Shown here: piece after piece, positions 43,955-53,800 of the stretch
How positions within the stretch are numbered: the first letter of the stretch is position 1
Layout of the letters: the number at the start of each line of letters is the position of its first letter
Source: a virus
IMG/VR virus record: IMGVR_UViG_3300045988_161114
Coordinates: 1 to 64,000 of that record
DNA: 64,000 nucleotides
Strand: one strand, 5' to 3'
Program-made: the position numbers and the translations under genes
Notes under the pieces: generated by a model
The model's database searches: none
What the model saw: the letters and a program-made list of their open reading frames with translations, nothing else
Told to the model about the DNA's origin: nothing

Positions 43955-44558
43955 AGGTAAATATTTAACTAGTAAGCTAAGATATCAAAATATTAAAAAA
44001 CTGGCCAAGTTTACTGGCTCTAAATTATCCAGAGATTATGGAATAGCTACCCTATACTCTGGAGCAAAATTAGACCATCTAGTTAAAGATGGTAATTATT
44101 TGAGAGGCACTGAATACTTATTAAAAGTATACAGTAATAAGGATTTGTGTCTCTCCTTTTTACAAAGCGATAAAAAGGATCCCGTTTTAAATCATATGTT
44201 ATCTAAAGCGGGATATTATAAAAACGAATATATAAGAAATATAATAAACGATAATTGGCTAGATATTATTAGCAGAGCCTTTTATAAGTTTATTCGCACA
44301 TCACTTGATAAATATGATATATCTTATGGAATAAAATTCTCTACCTTTTTTGGTTCATCAATACCGTACTGCTTTCAAAAAGAGGTATTGGAATTTATGC
44401 GATCTAAAAATGCTAAAGAAGAATATGATATTAATATAGACTTAAATATAGAAATAAATGATAATAAAGATATAGAATCTTTTGATAATGATATGCGTCT
44501 TAATAGAGATGGAATTGAACTTATCTCTATTGCATTAAAGAATAAGAGGACCTTGTAG
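43947..44558 (+). CDS. hypothetical protein (weak sigma-70 region-2-like stretch)
   Basis: YKFIRTSLDKYDISYGIKFSTFFGSSIPYCFQKEVLEF loosely resembles sigma region 2 (kF.TYA.wwIr..I). This is not conclusive. Confidence 0.3.
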   Translation: MSKGKYLTSKLRYQNIKKLAKFTGSKLSRDYGIATLYSGAKLDHLVKDGNYLRGTEYLLKVYSNKDLCLSFLQSDKKDPVLNHMLSKAGYYKNEYIRNIINDNWLDIISRAFYKFIRTSLDKYDISYGIKFSTFFGSSIPYCFQKEVLEFMRSKNAKEEYDINIDLNIEINDNKDIESFDNDMRLNRDGIELISIALKNKRTL

Positions 44559-44574
44559 TCCTCTTTTTTATTTT
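44545..44574 (+). terminator. rho-independent terminator
   Basis: Stem agaggac / gtcctct overlapping the stop codon, then ttttttatttt. Confidence 0.6.
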
Positions 44575-44584
44575 GAGGATTAAT

Positions 44585-45088
44585 ATGAAAGAGTATAGTT
44601 TAGAGCAGCTTAAATGGCTTAAAGTAGAATCATTTAAAAGTAAAAATAAAGTAAAGGAGAATATCCTTGCACTTGTTATTTCTAAAATAGAAACTGAAGG
44701 CAAACTTCATAATAATACTGATAAGGATTTTGAAGCAAAAGTTGTTTTAGAAGCTTTACAGTCTTTCTATAAAAGTTTAACTAAAACTCTTTTTGAGTTT
44801 TCTGATCGTATAAAAGATTCTGAAGAAGTTGAATCTGATAAAGCTCTAACGTTTATAAATAAAACAGAGCATGAGATTGAATTTATTTTATCTCTTCTTC
44901 CTGATCAATTATCTGATATTGAAATAACCAATATCGTTGAAAGTTTTGTTGAAGCAAATGGTCTTGATCTTAATGATAAGAAATCAATAGGGCAAATTAT
45001 GGCACATATGAATGCCAATTATAAAGACCAGTTTGATTCTAGAATTGTAATGGAAGTTATAAATTCTCTTAAAGGTAGTAAAGCTTGA
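44585..45088 (+). CDS. YqeY/GatB-C-terminal-domain-like protein
   Basis: LEQLKWLKVESFKSKNKVKENILALVISKIE, EHEIEFILSLLPDQLSDIEI and IGQIMAHMNANYKDQFDSRIVMEVINSL fit the YqeY pattern. ATG at 44585 has gagga upstream. Confidence 0.55.
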   Translation: MKEYSLEQLKWLKVESFKSKNKVKENILALVISKIETEGKLHNNTDKDFEAKVVLEALQSFYKSLTKTLFEFSDRIKDSEEVESDKALTFINKTEHEIEFILSLLPDQLSDIEITNIVESFVEANGLDLNDKKSIGQIMAHMNANYKDQFDSRIVMEVINSLKGSKA

Positions 45089-45987
45089 CTATTATAAAGC
45101 CTATGTTAGCTTCTCCTGTAGAGGAGAAGCATTTATCTAATTTAGAGTATCCTGTTATATGTAGTCCTAAAATAGATGGTGTAAGAGTTTTAGCTTTGAA
45201 TGGTGTTCTGTATAGTCGATCTATGAAGCCTATACGGAATAAAGCTCTTATAGAGAAATTCTCCAATTCTAAATATAAAAATATTAATTTTGACGGCGAG
45301 ATAACTGTTGTTGATAAAAATGATCCTAATGTATATAGGATAACTACTTCCTATGTCAATTCTTTTGATAAAGAAGAAGATGAATCTCATAAATTCGTTA
45401 TTAATGTATTTGATATTTTGAATATAGATAGTCTTGATACACCCTATATTGATAGATTGAAATCTATTCCTGATTTTGATGAACCTTTATTTTCAAAGCT
45501 TGAATATAAGCTATGTAACAATAGCAAAGAGGTATTGGAATATGAGCAGTATTGTCTTAATGCCGGATATGAAGGTATAATGGTTAGAAGCTATAATGGG
45601 AAGTATAAGTTAGGGCGATCTACATTAAAAGAGGGAATTATTCTTAAGCTGAAAAGGTTTAGTGACTATGAAGCCATTATAGTTGGCTTTGTAGAAGAAT
45701 ATAAGAATCTTAATGAAGCTAAAAAGAATGAGCTTGGTCGTACCGAAAGATCTTCTGCTAAGGATGGACTAGTTCCTAATGGTAGACTTGGTGCTTTGAT
45801 ATGTAAATTTAATGATATTGAATTTAATATTGGCTCTGGGTTTACTCATGAAGAACGTACTGAAGTATGGGACAATAGAGAATCCTATATTGGTAAACTT
45901 GTTAAATTTAAATGCTTCGAAGTTGGTGTTAAAGACGCTCCTAGATTTCCAATCTTTTTAGGATTTAGAAGTCCTGATGACTTATAA
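45085..45987 (+). CDS. lig: ATP-dependent DNA ligase
   Basis: KPMLASP...VICSPKIDGVRVL provides the KxDG adenylation motif. Also FDGEI, EGIMVRS, ILKLKRF and a C-terminal OB-like region. The TTG start overlaps the preceding stop codon; an ATG at 45103 is an alternative. Confidence 0.85.
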   Translation: MTIIKPMLASPVEEKHLSNLEYPVICSPKIDGVRVLALNGVLYSRSMKPIRNKALIEKFSNSKYKNINFDGEITVVDKNDPNVYRITTSYVNSFDKEEDESHKFVINVFDILNIDSLDTPYIDRLKSIPDFDEPLFSKLEYKLCNNSKEVLEYEQYCLNAGYEGIMVRSYNGKYKLGRSTLKEGIILKLKRFSDYEAIIVGFVEEYKNLNEAKKNELGRTERSSAKDGLVPNGRLGALICKFNDIEFNIGSGFTHEERTEVWDNRESYIGKLVKFKCFEVGVKDAPRFPIFLGFRSPDDL

Positions 45988-46111
45988 GGATTTATAAATG
46001 GATATTCAAAAACTCACTTTTATAAAAATGTCCGGTTTCATAGCATGGTTGCCGGGCATGTCACAACTATTCAAGAAAAATAATAAATAATTTAGTTTTA
46101 TAGGTATCTTT

Positions 46112-46564
46112 ATGCATTATGTACGCTCTGATATAGAAGATGGCATTAATAAATTCTTTGTATTGATATCAAAAGACGTCTTATCAGATATTGACGTTGG
46201 ACTCTCTTGTAATATAGAAAGACTATATAATAATGGTCTGCTTATAGAGAATAATGAATTTGAATTTTTCAAATTTCTTATAAAGACATTGATTAATTCT
46301 GATAGTATTGAAAGCGTTATAGACTCTGTCGGTATCACTACTGTAAAAGATTTGAGTCTATTGATGGAGTCTAAAAGGATAGAATCAGATATGCGCATTT
46401 GGGGTAAATATCTGTTAAATGAGTTTATTAAAACTTATGAAAAGTATTCCTTTTTGGTATATAAATTAAATAGCGGCACGTTATCTTTAGATGAGTGTCT
46501 TGATGCATATGAGAATTATAGCTCAGAAGATATCTATAATAAAATTATTGATTGTATTTCGTAA
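46112..46564 (+). CDS. hypothetical protein
   Basis: 150-aa ORF, the last plus-strand gene before the strand switch. Confidence 0.65.
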   Translation: MHYVRSDIEDGINKFFVLISKDVLSDIDVGLSCNIERLYNNGLLIENNEFEFFKFLIKTLINSDSIESVIDSVGITTVKDLSLLMESKRIESDMRIWGKYLLNEFIKTYEKYSFLVYKLNSGTLSLDECLDAYENYSSEDIYNKIIDCIS

Positions 46565-46572
46565 AAATAAAG

Positions 46573-46598
46573 AGCCTATAGAAATTAAGCTATAGGCT
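46573..46598. terminator. bidirectional terminator at the convergence point
   Basis: Stem agcctatag / ctataggct, flanked by an A-run (aaaaataaag) upstream and a T-run (ttctttttttatttt) downstream. It lies between the 3' ends of convergent genes. Confidence 0.75.
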
Positions 46599-46606
46599 TT
46601 CTTTTT

Positions 46607-47398
46607 TTATTTTGCTTTTCTTAAGGCTGTTTCAAACTTATCTGCGTAACTCGCAATAGTAAGTTGTTTGTCAGTTCCGTTTATAATTCTTCTAGCTTCA
46701 GAATAATTGGCATCAAACATACTTATATAGTCTGATAGTTTCTTACCTGTAAACCATCCGTAGGTCATACCCCAAAGCATTATTTTAGCAGCGTTTGTAG
46801 GCTCTAATGCTAATTCTGGTTTATTTACAAAATCTTGCCCAATATGCTTTTTAGCTTTTTCATAGTTATCTAACCATGTTAATTGGACATATCCTCTACC
46901 ATAGTAGAAATGATCTAAATCTGATTGGTAATAAACTTTAGTTCTTGAACCGTTTGAGTAGCATGCATTTTTACCATTGTTTAGATGCCATTTGCCGTAT
47001 ACATAGTTCTTACCCTTGCCGTATTCACCAATAGGTTGCATTGTTTTAGCGCATTCATGGTATATGGTAGCCAACATGTATGCTTGTTCTGTTATAGTAT
47101 TTTTACTTATAACATCTAAGATTGTATTAATGCCGTCTACTTGAGATTGAGTAAAAGAAGAAAATAATTTTTGTTCTTTTAAAGCATTAAAGAATACTTG
47201 TCTATTTAATTCTTTGTGTTCTTTCTCTACAATAATTGCATATACATATAGCATTGTTTTATTACCGGCAACGCCGTCTACTACTAATCCATTTTTAGAT
47301 TGTAATGCTTTTATTGCTTCAACGGTTTTTGGTCCGATTACGCCATCTATCTCTAAGCCGAGTGCATGTTGTATTAATTTGTTTTTAGTTAAACTCAT
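46607..47398 (-). CDS. endolysin: N-terminal peptidoglycan-binding domain plus GH19 (chitinase-like) muramidase domain
   Basis: LEIDGVIGPKTVEAIKALQSKNGLVVDGVAGNKT resembles PG_binding_1. YHECAKTMQPIGEYGKG and YYGRGYVQLTWLDNY are GH19 catalytic-region motifs. Confidence 0.8.
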   Translation of the reverse strand: MSLTKNKLIQHALGLEIDGVIGPKTVEAIKALQSKNGLVVDGVAGNKTMLYVYAIIVEKEHKELNRQVFFNALKEQKLFSSFTQSQVDGINTILDVISKNTITEQAYMLATIYHECAKTMQPIGEYGKGKNYVYGKWHLNNGKNACYSNGSRTKVYYQSDLDHFYYGRGYVQLTWLDNYEKAKKHIGQDFVNKPELALEPTNAAKIMLWGMTYGWFTGKKLSDYISMFDANYSEARRIINGTDKQLTIASYADKFETALRKAK

Positions 47399-47820
47399 TT
47401 TAATCTTTCATATAATGATGCTTTTTCTTCTAACAATTTTACTCTGCTTTGTAGTTCACCTAGAGTATCATGTATTTCTGTATATGTAACTCTTTTACTC
47501 AATTCTTTTGATAATCTATTCTGGACATATATAATTTCGCCAAGAATTTTGATTATCTTAGTAAGAGTTGAATTTGATAAATTTTCAACAAATGTAGTTT
47601 TGGTTACATTTTTATTTGCACCATCACCTGTTTTATAGGTAATAGTAAATTCTTTGTCTTGATTTATAGGCGGCTCTATTAGGAATAATCCAGCACTAGG
47701 ATCTAATTCATCTATCCTATGTCCAGACCTATTGATTTGTAATGAGCCAGCAACATATGATTCAGATAATGTATATAATGTATTTCCAATAGACGTTAAT
47801 GTTGCTGTTTTTGTATTCAT
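47395..47820 (-). CDS. hypothetical protein within the lysis cassette
   Basis: 141-aa ORF, overlap-coupled on both sides. No TM segment was seen. Confidence 0.65.
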   Translation of the reverse strand: MNTKTATLTSIGNTLYTLSESYVAGSLQINRSGHRIDELDPSAGLFLIEPPINQDKEFTITYKTGDGANKNVTKTTFVENLSNSTLTKIIKILGEIIYVQNRLSKELSKRVTYTEIHDTLGELQSRVKLLEEKASLYERLK

Positions 47821-48089
47821 TTTAACTCACCGTTTATTTTGTCAATTTGGTTAATTAGTGAAGCTTTTTCAATTTTACACTGTTCAATATGGTCAATAAG
47901 TGAAGCGGCATAGTTTACTAAGTCTCTAGAAGTATTTCCTGTTAGTAATGCTCGATCTTTTTCGCATTCACCGTGTCTGATTTCTTCTGGTATTTCTATT
48001 TTTGTTTTGTTTGTTAGGTTAGGATTATATAATGATTTGCATCCTACTAGGAATACTGATAGAAGTGAAAGTAATAATATGTTTTTCAT
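47817..48089 (-). CDS. o-spanin (outer-membrane lipoprotein)
   Basis: Signal peptide plus lipobox, MKNILLLSLLSVFLVGC|KS. The gene overlaps the end of the i-spanin gene by 4 nt. Confidence 0.7.
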   Translation of the reverse strand: MKNILLLSLLSVFLVGCKSLYNPNLTNKTKIEIPEEIRHGECEKDRALLTGNTSRDLVNYAASLIDHIEQCKIEKASLINQIDKINGELK

Positions 48090-48424
48090 TTTCTGCCCCG
48101 TTTGTTAAGTGCATCTACAACATCTTGTTTAACACAAATTTGATCGTAAAAGTCACCTCTTAAGATTTCAATCAGCTGATAGTTTTGTTTTTCAATAGTC
48201 TTTTTAAATTCTTCTTTTTGTAAAGAATTATTTTTGCTGATTTCATATCTTATGTCATTCATTGCTGCATTTAGTTTATTGTTTGAATCATCATATGCTT
48301 TTTGCGCAGCTACATAACCATCATTAAATTTTAGATCCCCATATGCTTTTATTGCGAATAGAGATACCAATATAACCAATAATAGTCCTATTGCTATGTA
48401 TCCGTATTTATTTAGTAAAGGCAT
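48086..48424 (-). CDS. i-spanin (type II inner-membrane protein with coiled-coil periplasmic domain)
   Basis: N-terminal TM helix YIAIGLLLVILVSLFAI, followed by a charged helical region. It lies immediately upstream of the lipoprotein gene. Confidence 0.65.
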   Translation of the reverse strand: MPLLNKYGYIAIGLLLVILVSLFAIKAYGDLKFNDGYVAAQKAYDDSNNKLNAAMNDIRYEISKNNSLQKEEFKKTIEKQNYQLIEILRGDFYDQICVKQDVVDALNKRGRK

Positions 48425-48552
48425 TATATTATTCCTTGTTAGTGGGGCAACCCATTTTAAGTGGGCGCCCCTTTATAAAAGATTATCTAAACTCCCCAAA
48501 TAGATATAAAACTACCTTGCCTGTTTTATACCATTAGTTTAGATTTTCTTTT

Positions 48553-49107
48553 TTATTCTTTTGGAAGTATATTTTCTTTAACAGTTTTAATATAGTTAGC
48601 AATAATGTCGTCTTCTATTTTTCCTTTAACGATCACCATGCTTTCACCAAAGTCTGCTTCTAGTCCATAACGAGATTTATGTCCAGAACCTAATAATAGA
48701 CCTTTTGTTTTAGCTAGCCCTTGAACTACTAATATATGCCATTCTCCAGCATTAACTTCTGTACCATAGCTTAATGTTTCTGGATCTTTGCTAGTTACTA
48801 CTGTGCGTGGGCTATTTTTATTAGTCCATTCATCCCATTGTGCTGTCCAGCTTGTAGCAGCAATAGAGAATTTCTTAACGCCATCCACTTCTCGTTTATA
48901 AACTGTCAAATATCCTGTACCGCTAGTTTCATTACCATCAGGAGTATCTATAACTGTGCCAAACAGTACAGTTCTTTCCGATGGAGCATCGTGAAATCTA
49001 ACTGGAATTACTGCAGTAATTTGTTCTCCGGCTTGGATATCTAAACCATCAATTCTAGGATAGTGGCCATAACCAACTGCATTAACTTTTGATTGTAAAA
49101 AATACAT
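48553..49107 (-). CDS. hypothetical structural protein (N-terminal region resembles that of 49125..50840)
   Basis: 184-aa ORF. HYPRIDGLDIQAGEQITAVIPVRFH parallels LHPVIKAGLRADHGEHTVFVPFRLE in the upstream gene. Confidence 0.6.
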   Translation of the reverse strand: MYFLQSKVNAVGYGHYPRIDGLDIQAGEQITAVIPVRFHDAPSERTVLFGTVIDTPDGNETSGTGYLTVYKREVDGVKKFSIAATSWTAQWDEWTNKNSPRTVVTSKDPETLSYGTEVNAGEWHILVVQGLAKTKGLLLGSGHKSRYGLEADFGESMVIVKGKIEDDIIANYIKTVKENILPKE

Positions 49108-49124
49108 TTTTATTCCCTATATTG

Positions 49125-50840
49125 TTATTTATCTTCTTTAACTATAAGTTTATATCCAACTACTGGAGTAGATGTTGCTACTGCTCTAACTGTTAAACCT
49201 TCTCCATCAGATTTAACTGATTCTTCTGTTGCATTTTTAAGATTAAAGGTGTACATACCTTTAGCTTCTTGTCCTTTTGCAGTTTCCTCTTCGTCTTCGG
49301 TTTCGCTGTTTTCAGTATTACCGCTAGTTACTGGAGGGTTTGTTTCTGCCGTACCGCTAGGTTGCTCAGTTTCACCAGCAGGTTTGTTTCCTTCAGATTC
49401 TGCAGCTGGTTGAGCTGTGTTAGCTCCACCATTTTGTGCTTCAGATTCTTTAGGAGTGTTTTCTGCATTAGGAGTAGCTGTTTCAGATGGTGTTACAACT
49501 GGAGACTCATTATTTTCTGGTTTAGGTTTTACTTCTTCACTAGATCCACTTTCTACTGGTTTAGCCACCTCTCCTGTATTTTGTTCAGATTGTGACCCTT
49601 CTGTTGCAGGAGCAGGAATTACGGCGGCAGTAGATTCAGTTTCTGAATTGGCTGGTGCTGGTTGAGTAGCTGCTGCAGCTTCAGATTCTTTTAATTCGGT
49701 GTTGCCACTCTCCGAGTTACCTGGTTGGGTAGCCTCACTTGTTGGAGGTGTCCCTTGTGGAGATTCTGGCTGTGTTACAGCACCGTTATTCCCTGACTCT
49801 GTAGTAGCTGGGTTTTCAGTTTGTCCTGACTCACCTGATGGTTGTGGTGATGCTGGAGCTACTGGTTGTGGTTGTGTTACTGTGGGTTGCTCACTTACTT
49901 CTGGCTGATTCGCTGCGGTATCTGAACTTGTTTCTGGTGCAGGTTTTTTAACTGGTTTATCTGTTTGGGCAACATAGTTTGGTTGTCCCTTATCCTCATC
50001 ATTATCAGTTGCGTAGAATATATATCCTTCTACTGGAGGCACAGATTTAACTACACTAATCTTTAGCTCGCCTTTGCCATCAGACTGAGATGTTTGAGTT
50101 TCATTATCTGATAAGACTAAATTAAATGTGTATATGCCAAACTTAGCTCTGTCTCCCTCACCTAATTCTAATATATTATTATTAGGAATGTTAGGATTTA
50201 CATTTTTAGGCGTTTCAGGTACTGCAGGAGTTGCAGGTGCTGGATTAGCCGGTGTAGCTGCTGGTGGTTGTGCCGGTGCAGGTGTAGGCTCTACGGGGGT
50301 GGCAGGCTTAGGCTGTACTGGAACTAATTTAGCTGCTTCAATAGCTGCTAATGTTTTAGTTTTCTCTTCGCCATATTTAGTAGTCCACTTAGTATGTTCA
50401 GCGACTATTGATTCACCCTCTATTTTTCTTTCAGAGAATACTTTTATACCCTGATAGAAATCTGCAGTTACAAGTTTGGATGCACCAAGATGAACAAGTG
50501 TTCCAAGCTCTGCTGAGAATGATAATGTATAAATTTGGCCGAAGTCTAATTCTCTACCATCATATTTTTGTCCATCAATATAGATATTATATTTTTCTAC
50601 ATTGCTAGTAATCTTGAACTTTTTGCCCCCTTTTGTAGGGTCAGTTACAACTATACCGTGTGAATATCCATTACCAGATACCAATACGCCAATATTATGC
50701 TGCGTATTGATAGACTCAAGTCTGAATGGGACAAATACAGTATGTTCGCCATGATCAGCTCTAAGTCCTGCTTTTATTACTGGATGTAAGCCGGCTGAAT
50801 ATGTAGTTTCTTTTCTGCCTGATCTAACAAATTTTAACAT
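49125..50840 (-). CDS. virion-associated protein with long P/T/E/A-rich low-complexity linkers and a duplicated ~50-aa module
   Basis: Repeated modules: FGIYTFNLVLSDNETQTSQSDGKGELKISVVKSVPPVEGYIFYA and GMYTFNLKNATEESVKSDGEGLTVRAVATSTPVVGYKLIV. They are separated by PATP/PQP/ESG-rich spacers. Confidence 0.7.
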   Translation of the reverse strand: MLKFVRSGRKETTYSAGLHPVIKAGLRADHGEHTVFVPFRLESINTQHNIGVLVSGNGYSHGIVVTDPTKGGKKFKITSNVEKYNIYIDGQKYDGRELDFGQIYTLSFSAELGTLVHLGASKLVTADFYQGIKVFSERKIEGESIVAEHTKWTTKYGEEKTKTLAAIEAAKLVPVQPKPATPVEPTPAPAQPPAATPANPAPATPAVPETPKNVNPNIPNNNILELGEGDRAKFGIYTFNLVLSDNETQTSQSDGKGELKISVVKSVPPVEGYIFYATDNDEDKGQPNYVAQTDKPVKKPAPETSSDTAANQPEVSEQPTVTQPQPVAPASPQPSGESGQTENPATTESGNNGAVTQPESPQGTPPTSEATQPGNSESGNTELKESEAAAATQPAPANSETESTAAVIPAPATEGSQSEQNTGEVAKPVESGSSEEVKPKPENNESPVVTPSETATPNAENTPKESEAQNGGANTAQPAAESEGNKPAGETEQPSGTAETNPPVTSGNTENSETEDEEETAKGQEAKGMYTFNLKNATEESVKSDGEGLTVRAVATSTPVVGYKLIVKEDK

Positions 50841-50854
50841 AATTTACCTTTTAT

Positions 50855-50875
50855 AGAGGGGCTGTTAACCCCTCT
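50855..50875 (-). terminator. intergenic GC hairpin between two late genes (weak terminator or attenuator)
   Basis: Stem agagggg / cccctct, loop ctgttaa. There is no strong U-run on the minus strand. Confidence 0.35.
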
Positions 50876-50885
50876 TATTAAGTTA

Positions 50886-53800
50886 TTAAATAGCACCTAC
50901 TAATTTAAATCCATCTGGAGCATATTTAGCTTCAGCTGAATCTAATGATTCTGTACTAACCAATTCTATAGTTGATGTGCCGGTGTCTTCAACAACTTTA
51001 TTGTCGCCGACATTTGCTTTATCCATAGAGAATACTATCTCTCTAACATCCGGAAGATCTTCTGGATCTTCGATACCAGATTTAACAGACAACTGTTTCA
51101 TCTCTTCAGGAGTTCTTTGAATAAACTTATCTACTATGAAGTTTCCTCTAGCAACTAAATCTACAGCTAAATTACCAGCACCTTTGCTATATCTACTACC
51201 AATGCCAATAGATTTTCCTTTAGCATTAATATGTGTAGATATTCTAAACCATTGGTCTAACATAACCTTAGTGGCGCCATTTCTTTCTGCTGCGCCTGAT
51301 GTAATATCTTCATCAGTTGTGGTAATTACTTCTTTACCGTCTATATAAATAGTATTTTGATTTTTATTACGCATTATATAGAAGTAGTTAGCCTTTTTAC
51401 CGCCTATTGTAGGTACTAAGCCTTCAACAGATTCATTTTCATTACCAAATAAAACTACTCTTCCATAGCCATTAATACCTTTGCTACTTACCCTCATTTC
51501 TGCAGAAATTGTGGATTTTTTATTATCTGAATTTTCGCCGAAATCTATTTGAAGTAGAGCTATTTGTCCTCCAGTAACTGGGGATCCATTTATTCTTCCA
51601 ACACGTGTTACTAGTCTACCACGTTCACGATATGGGTCGATATAATACCATGTAGGATCAGTATATCTGTTTACCTGATTTGTAATTGTTACAAATGGAA
51701 CTACAGGGTATTTACCGTTTGTATCCCAAGCATACTCATCTGGCTTTTCACCTTTGAAGTTGAATATAATTCTTTCTTCGCTGGCGTCAAATGCTGGCAT
51801 TACAAGTTCTCTATCTGGACTCTTATCTGCTCGTACTGGAACTGTAACTACTTTATAGTAATTACCATTGAACATATTACCATCAATACCATATGTATCT
51901 TTATTGGTAGGAGGTTCTTTAATGTAAGAATATTTACCAGTTGCATCGTTGACCATCCAGTTGTTATCCCATTTAGAGGCTATAACACCTGTACCGCCAT
52001 CTGATGTATCCATATAGTATGTATTAGTTTCGATACCAGATCTGAATGCGCGTTTAGACGCATAAGGCATCGTTAATGTTTCTTTCATTACAGGGTCAAT
52101 AGTGTAGTAAGGTGCACTTTCTACTATATTGCCAGTGATTGTTGCATTAACAAGTGAATACAAGTTGAATGCGTATGCAAAGTTACCGTCGCGGCTATTT
52201 CTAACTCTGTTGTCAACGATTTTATCGCCGAATGCTGGACCACGATGTCTCCACGCACCCATAGTGATTGCAGAAGATCCGTTAATTGTGCTTGTTTCAA
52301 ATTCAGCACCAGTACCATTTTCTGTTATCACATGTGATACTTGAGGAGCTTTATAGTAATCAGATCCTCTATTTACACCAACTGCTCTAATACCGCCGTT
52401 TGCGTCAACTTCTGTTACCCAACCGAAGCATCCACGTGCATCATGTGAACCTGTAGATTTATAACTATTATCTATAATAATACGGTCATGCACTTTATAT
52501 CCGGTACCAGGTTTTGTAACCTTAATGTTTCTTACAGCTCGGCTTCCGTATGGCTCACCAAATGGCAATGCATATGTAAATACATTATCTTTGATTGAGA
52601 ATCCATAGTGTCCATAGTTGTAATATAGGCCAGATGGGGCATATATATTGTTGCCATGAACAATAAAATTACCGCGCAACCACCATTTGTTTAGTTTACG
52701 TCTTTCATTAGGACCAAGGTCACCATTGCTGAAATGCAGGCCCATAACTCCAACCACAAATGTGTTGTAAGAAATATCCATTACTGAGTCTGAATAAGTA
52801 TGTGTTAACAGCTCTTCTGTTACACCATCATCGCCTGTAGCTAATGATTCACCAACTACAACTGATACACCATAGTAACCTGCTGTACCTTTATTCCATC
52901 TGTAGTAGATTTTAGAGCCACAGTGAGCATCCATTACTTTACGGGCACATGTACCGAAGTCATTATGTTCGGCACGGATATCTGTCATTGGCAATGATCT
53001 AGAAACCCATAATCCATAACCAGGGTCGATGTTAACACCAGTACCAGAACGAGAATGTTGTACACTCCAATCTGGGTGTCCTACTATGCCATCACATTCC
53101 AGCCCTGATATAACAATACGGTCAACACGGTTTAATCCTATGATACCGGTATAGTTGTAGCGTCCATTACCACCAAGTAGATATTGTCGTCTTGCAACAA
53201 GGCCATTTGCCTCAGCAGTTTTAATATCTCCACGTCCAACAGATACACCGTCAATACGACCTAAACGTCCGTATACAATTGCACCACCGTGGAAACCTTC
53301 TGCTAAGAAGTTCATAATTACAGTGTCTTCATCACCGAAGATTGTAATTGCGTTACCGTTAGAACCATATTGCATTCCGCCCCATGTTCCCCATCTTTCA
53401 GCAGTAGTACCATCTTCTTGAGGGAATTCATGTTTGCCTGTTTGTTTATTTATATAACCACCAGGACTAACCCTTGAACGACAATTTAATTCTTGTGCGC
53501 TAAGTTTAGTTACAGGGTCGGCTTGTAATCCAGCATCGTTACCGTTTTCATACACACGGTTAAGAATATCTCTAGTGATAAGTTTAGTTAACGCAGGAGT
53601 TTCTTGTATATTTTCCGTTATGGCAGAGTTGTTATCAAATACTGATAAATCAATAGTATAATTAGAAGTATTGAAACCGAACTTCCAATAACCTTTTGTT
53701 GCATAGCTATTACCGTGGTTAGGATGCTCTTCTGACCATCCATCTATAGGAGGCATGAATCCTTTTTTGCCACCTTTATATCCACGTTCCTGGAACCAAC

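Noticed and set aside
48444-48471. GC hairpin (ggggcaaccca...tgggcgcccc) as a terminator between 48553..49107 and the i-spanin gene.
   Set aside because: There is no U-run on the minus (coding) strand after the hairpin, so the terminator call is unsupported. It may be an attenuator or stabiliser, so it is noted but not listed as a feature.
49269-50608. Plus-strand ORFs 49269..49595, 49417..49665, 49699..49908, 50128..50454 and 50408..50608.
   Set aside because: They are antisense to the P/T/E-rich low-complexity gene 49125..50840. They overlap one another in different frames, which is typical of compositional artefacts.
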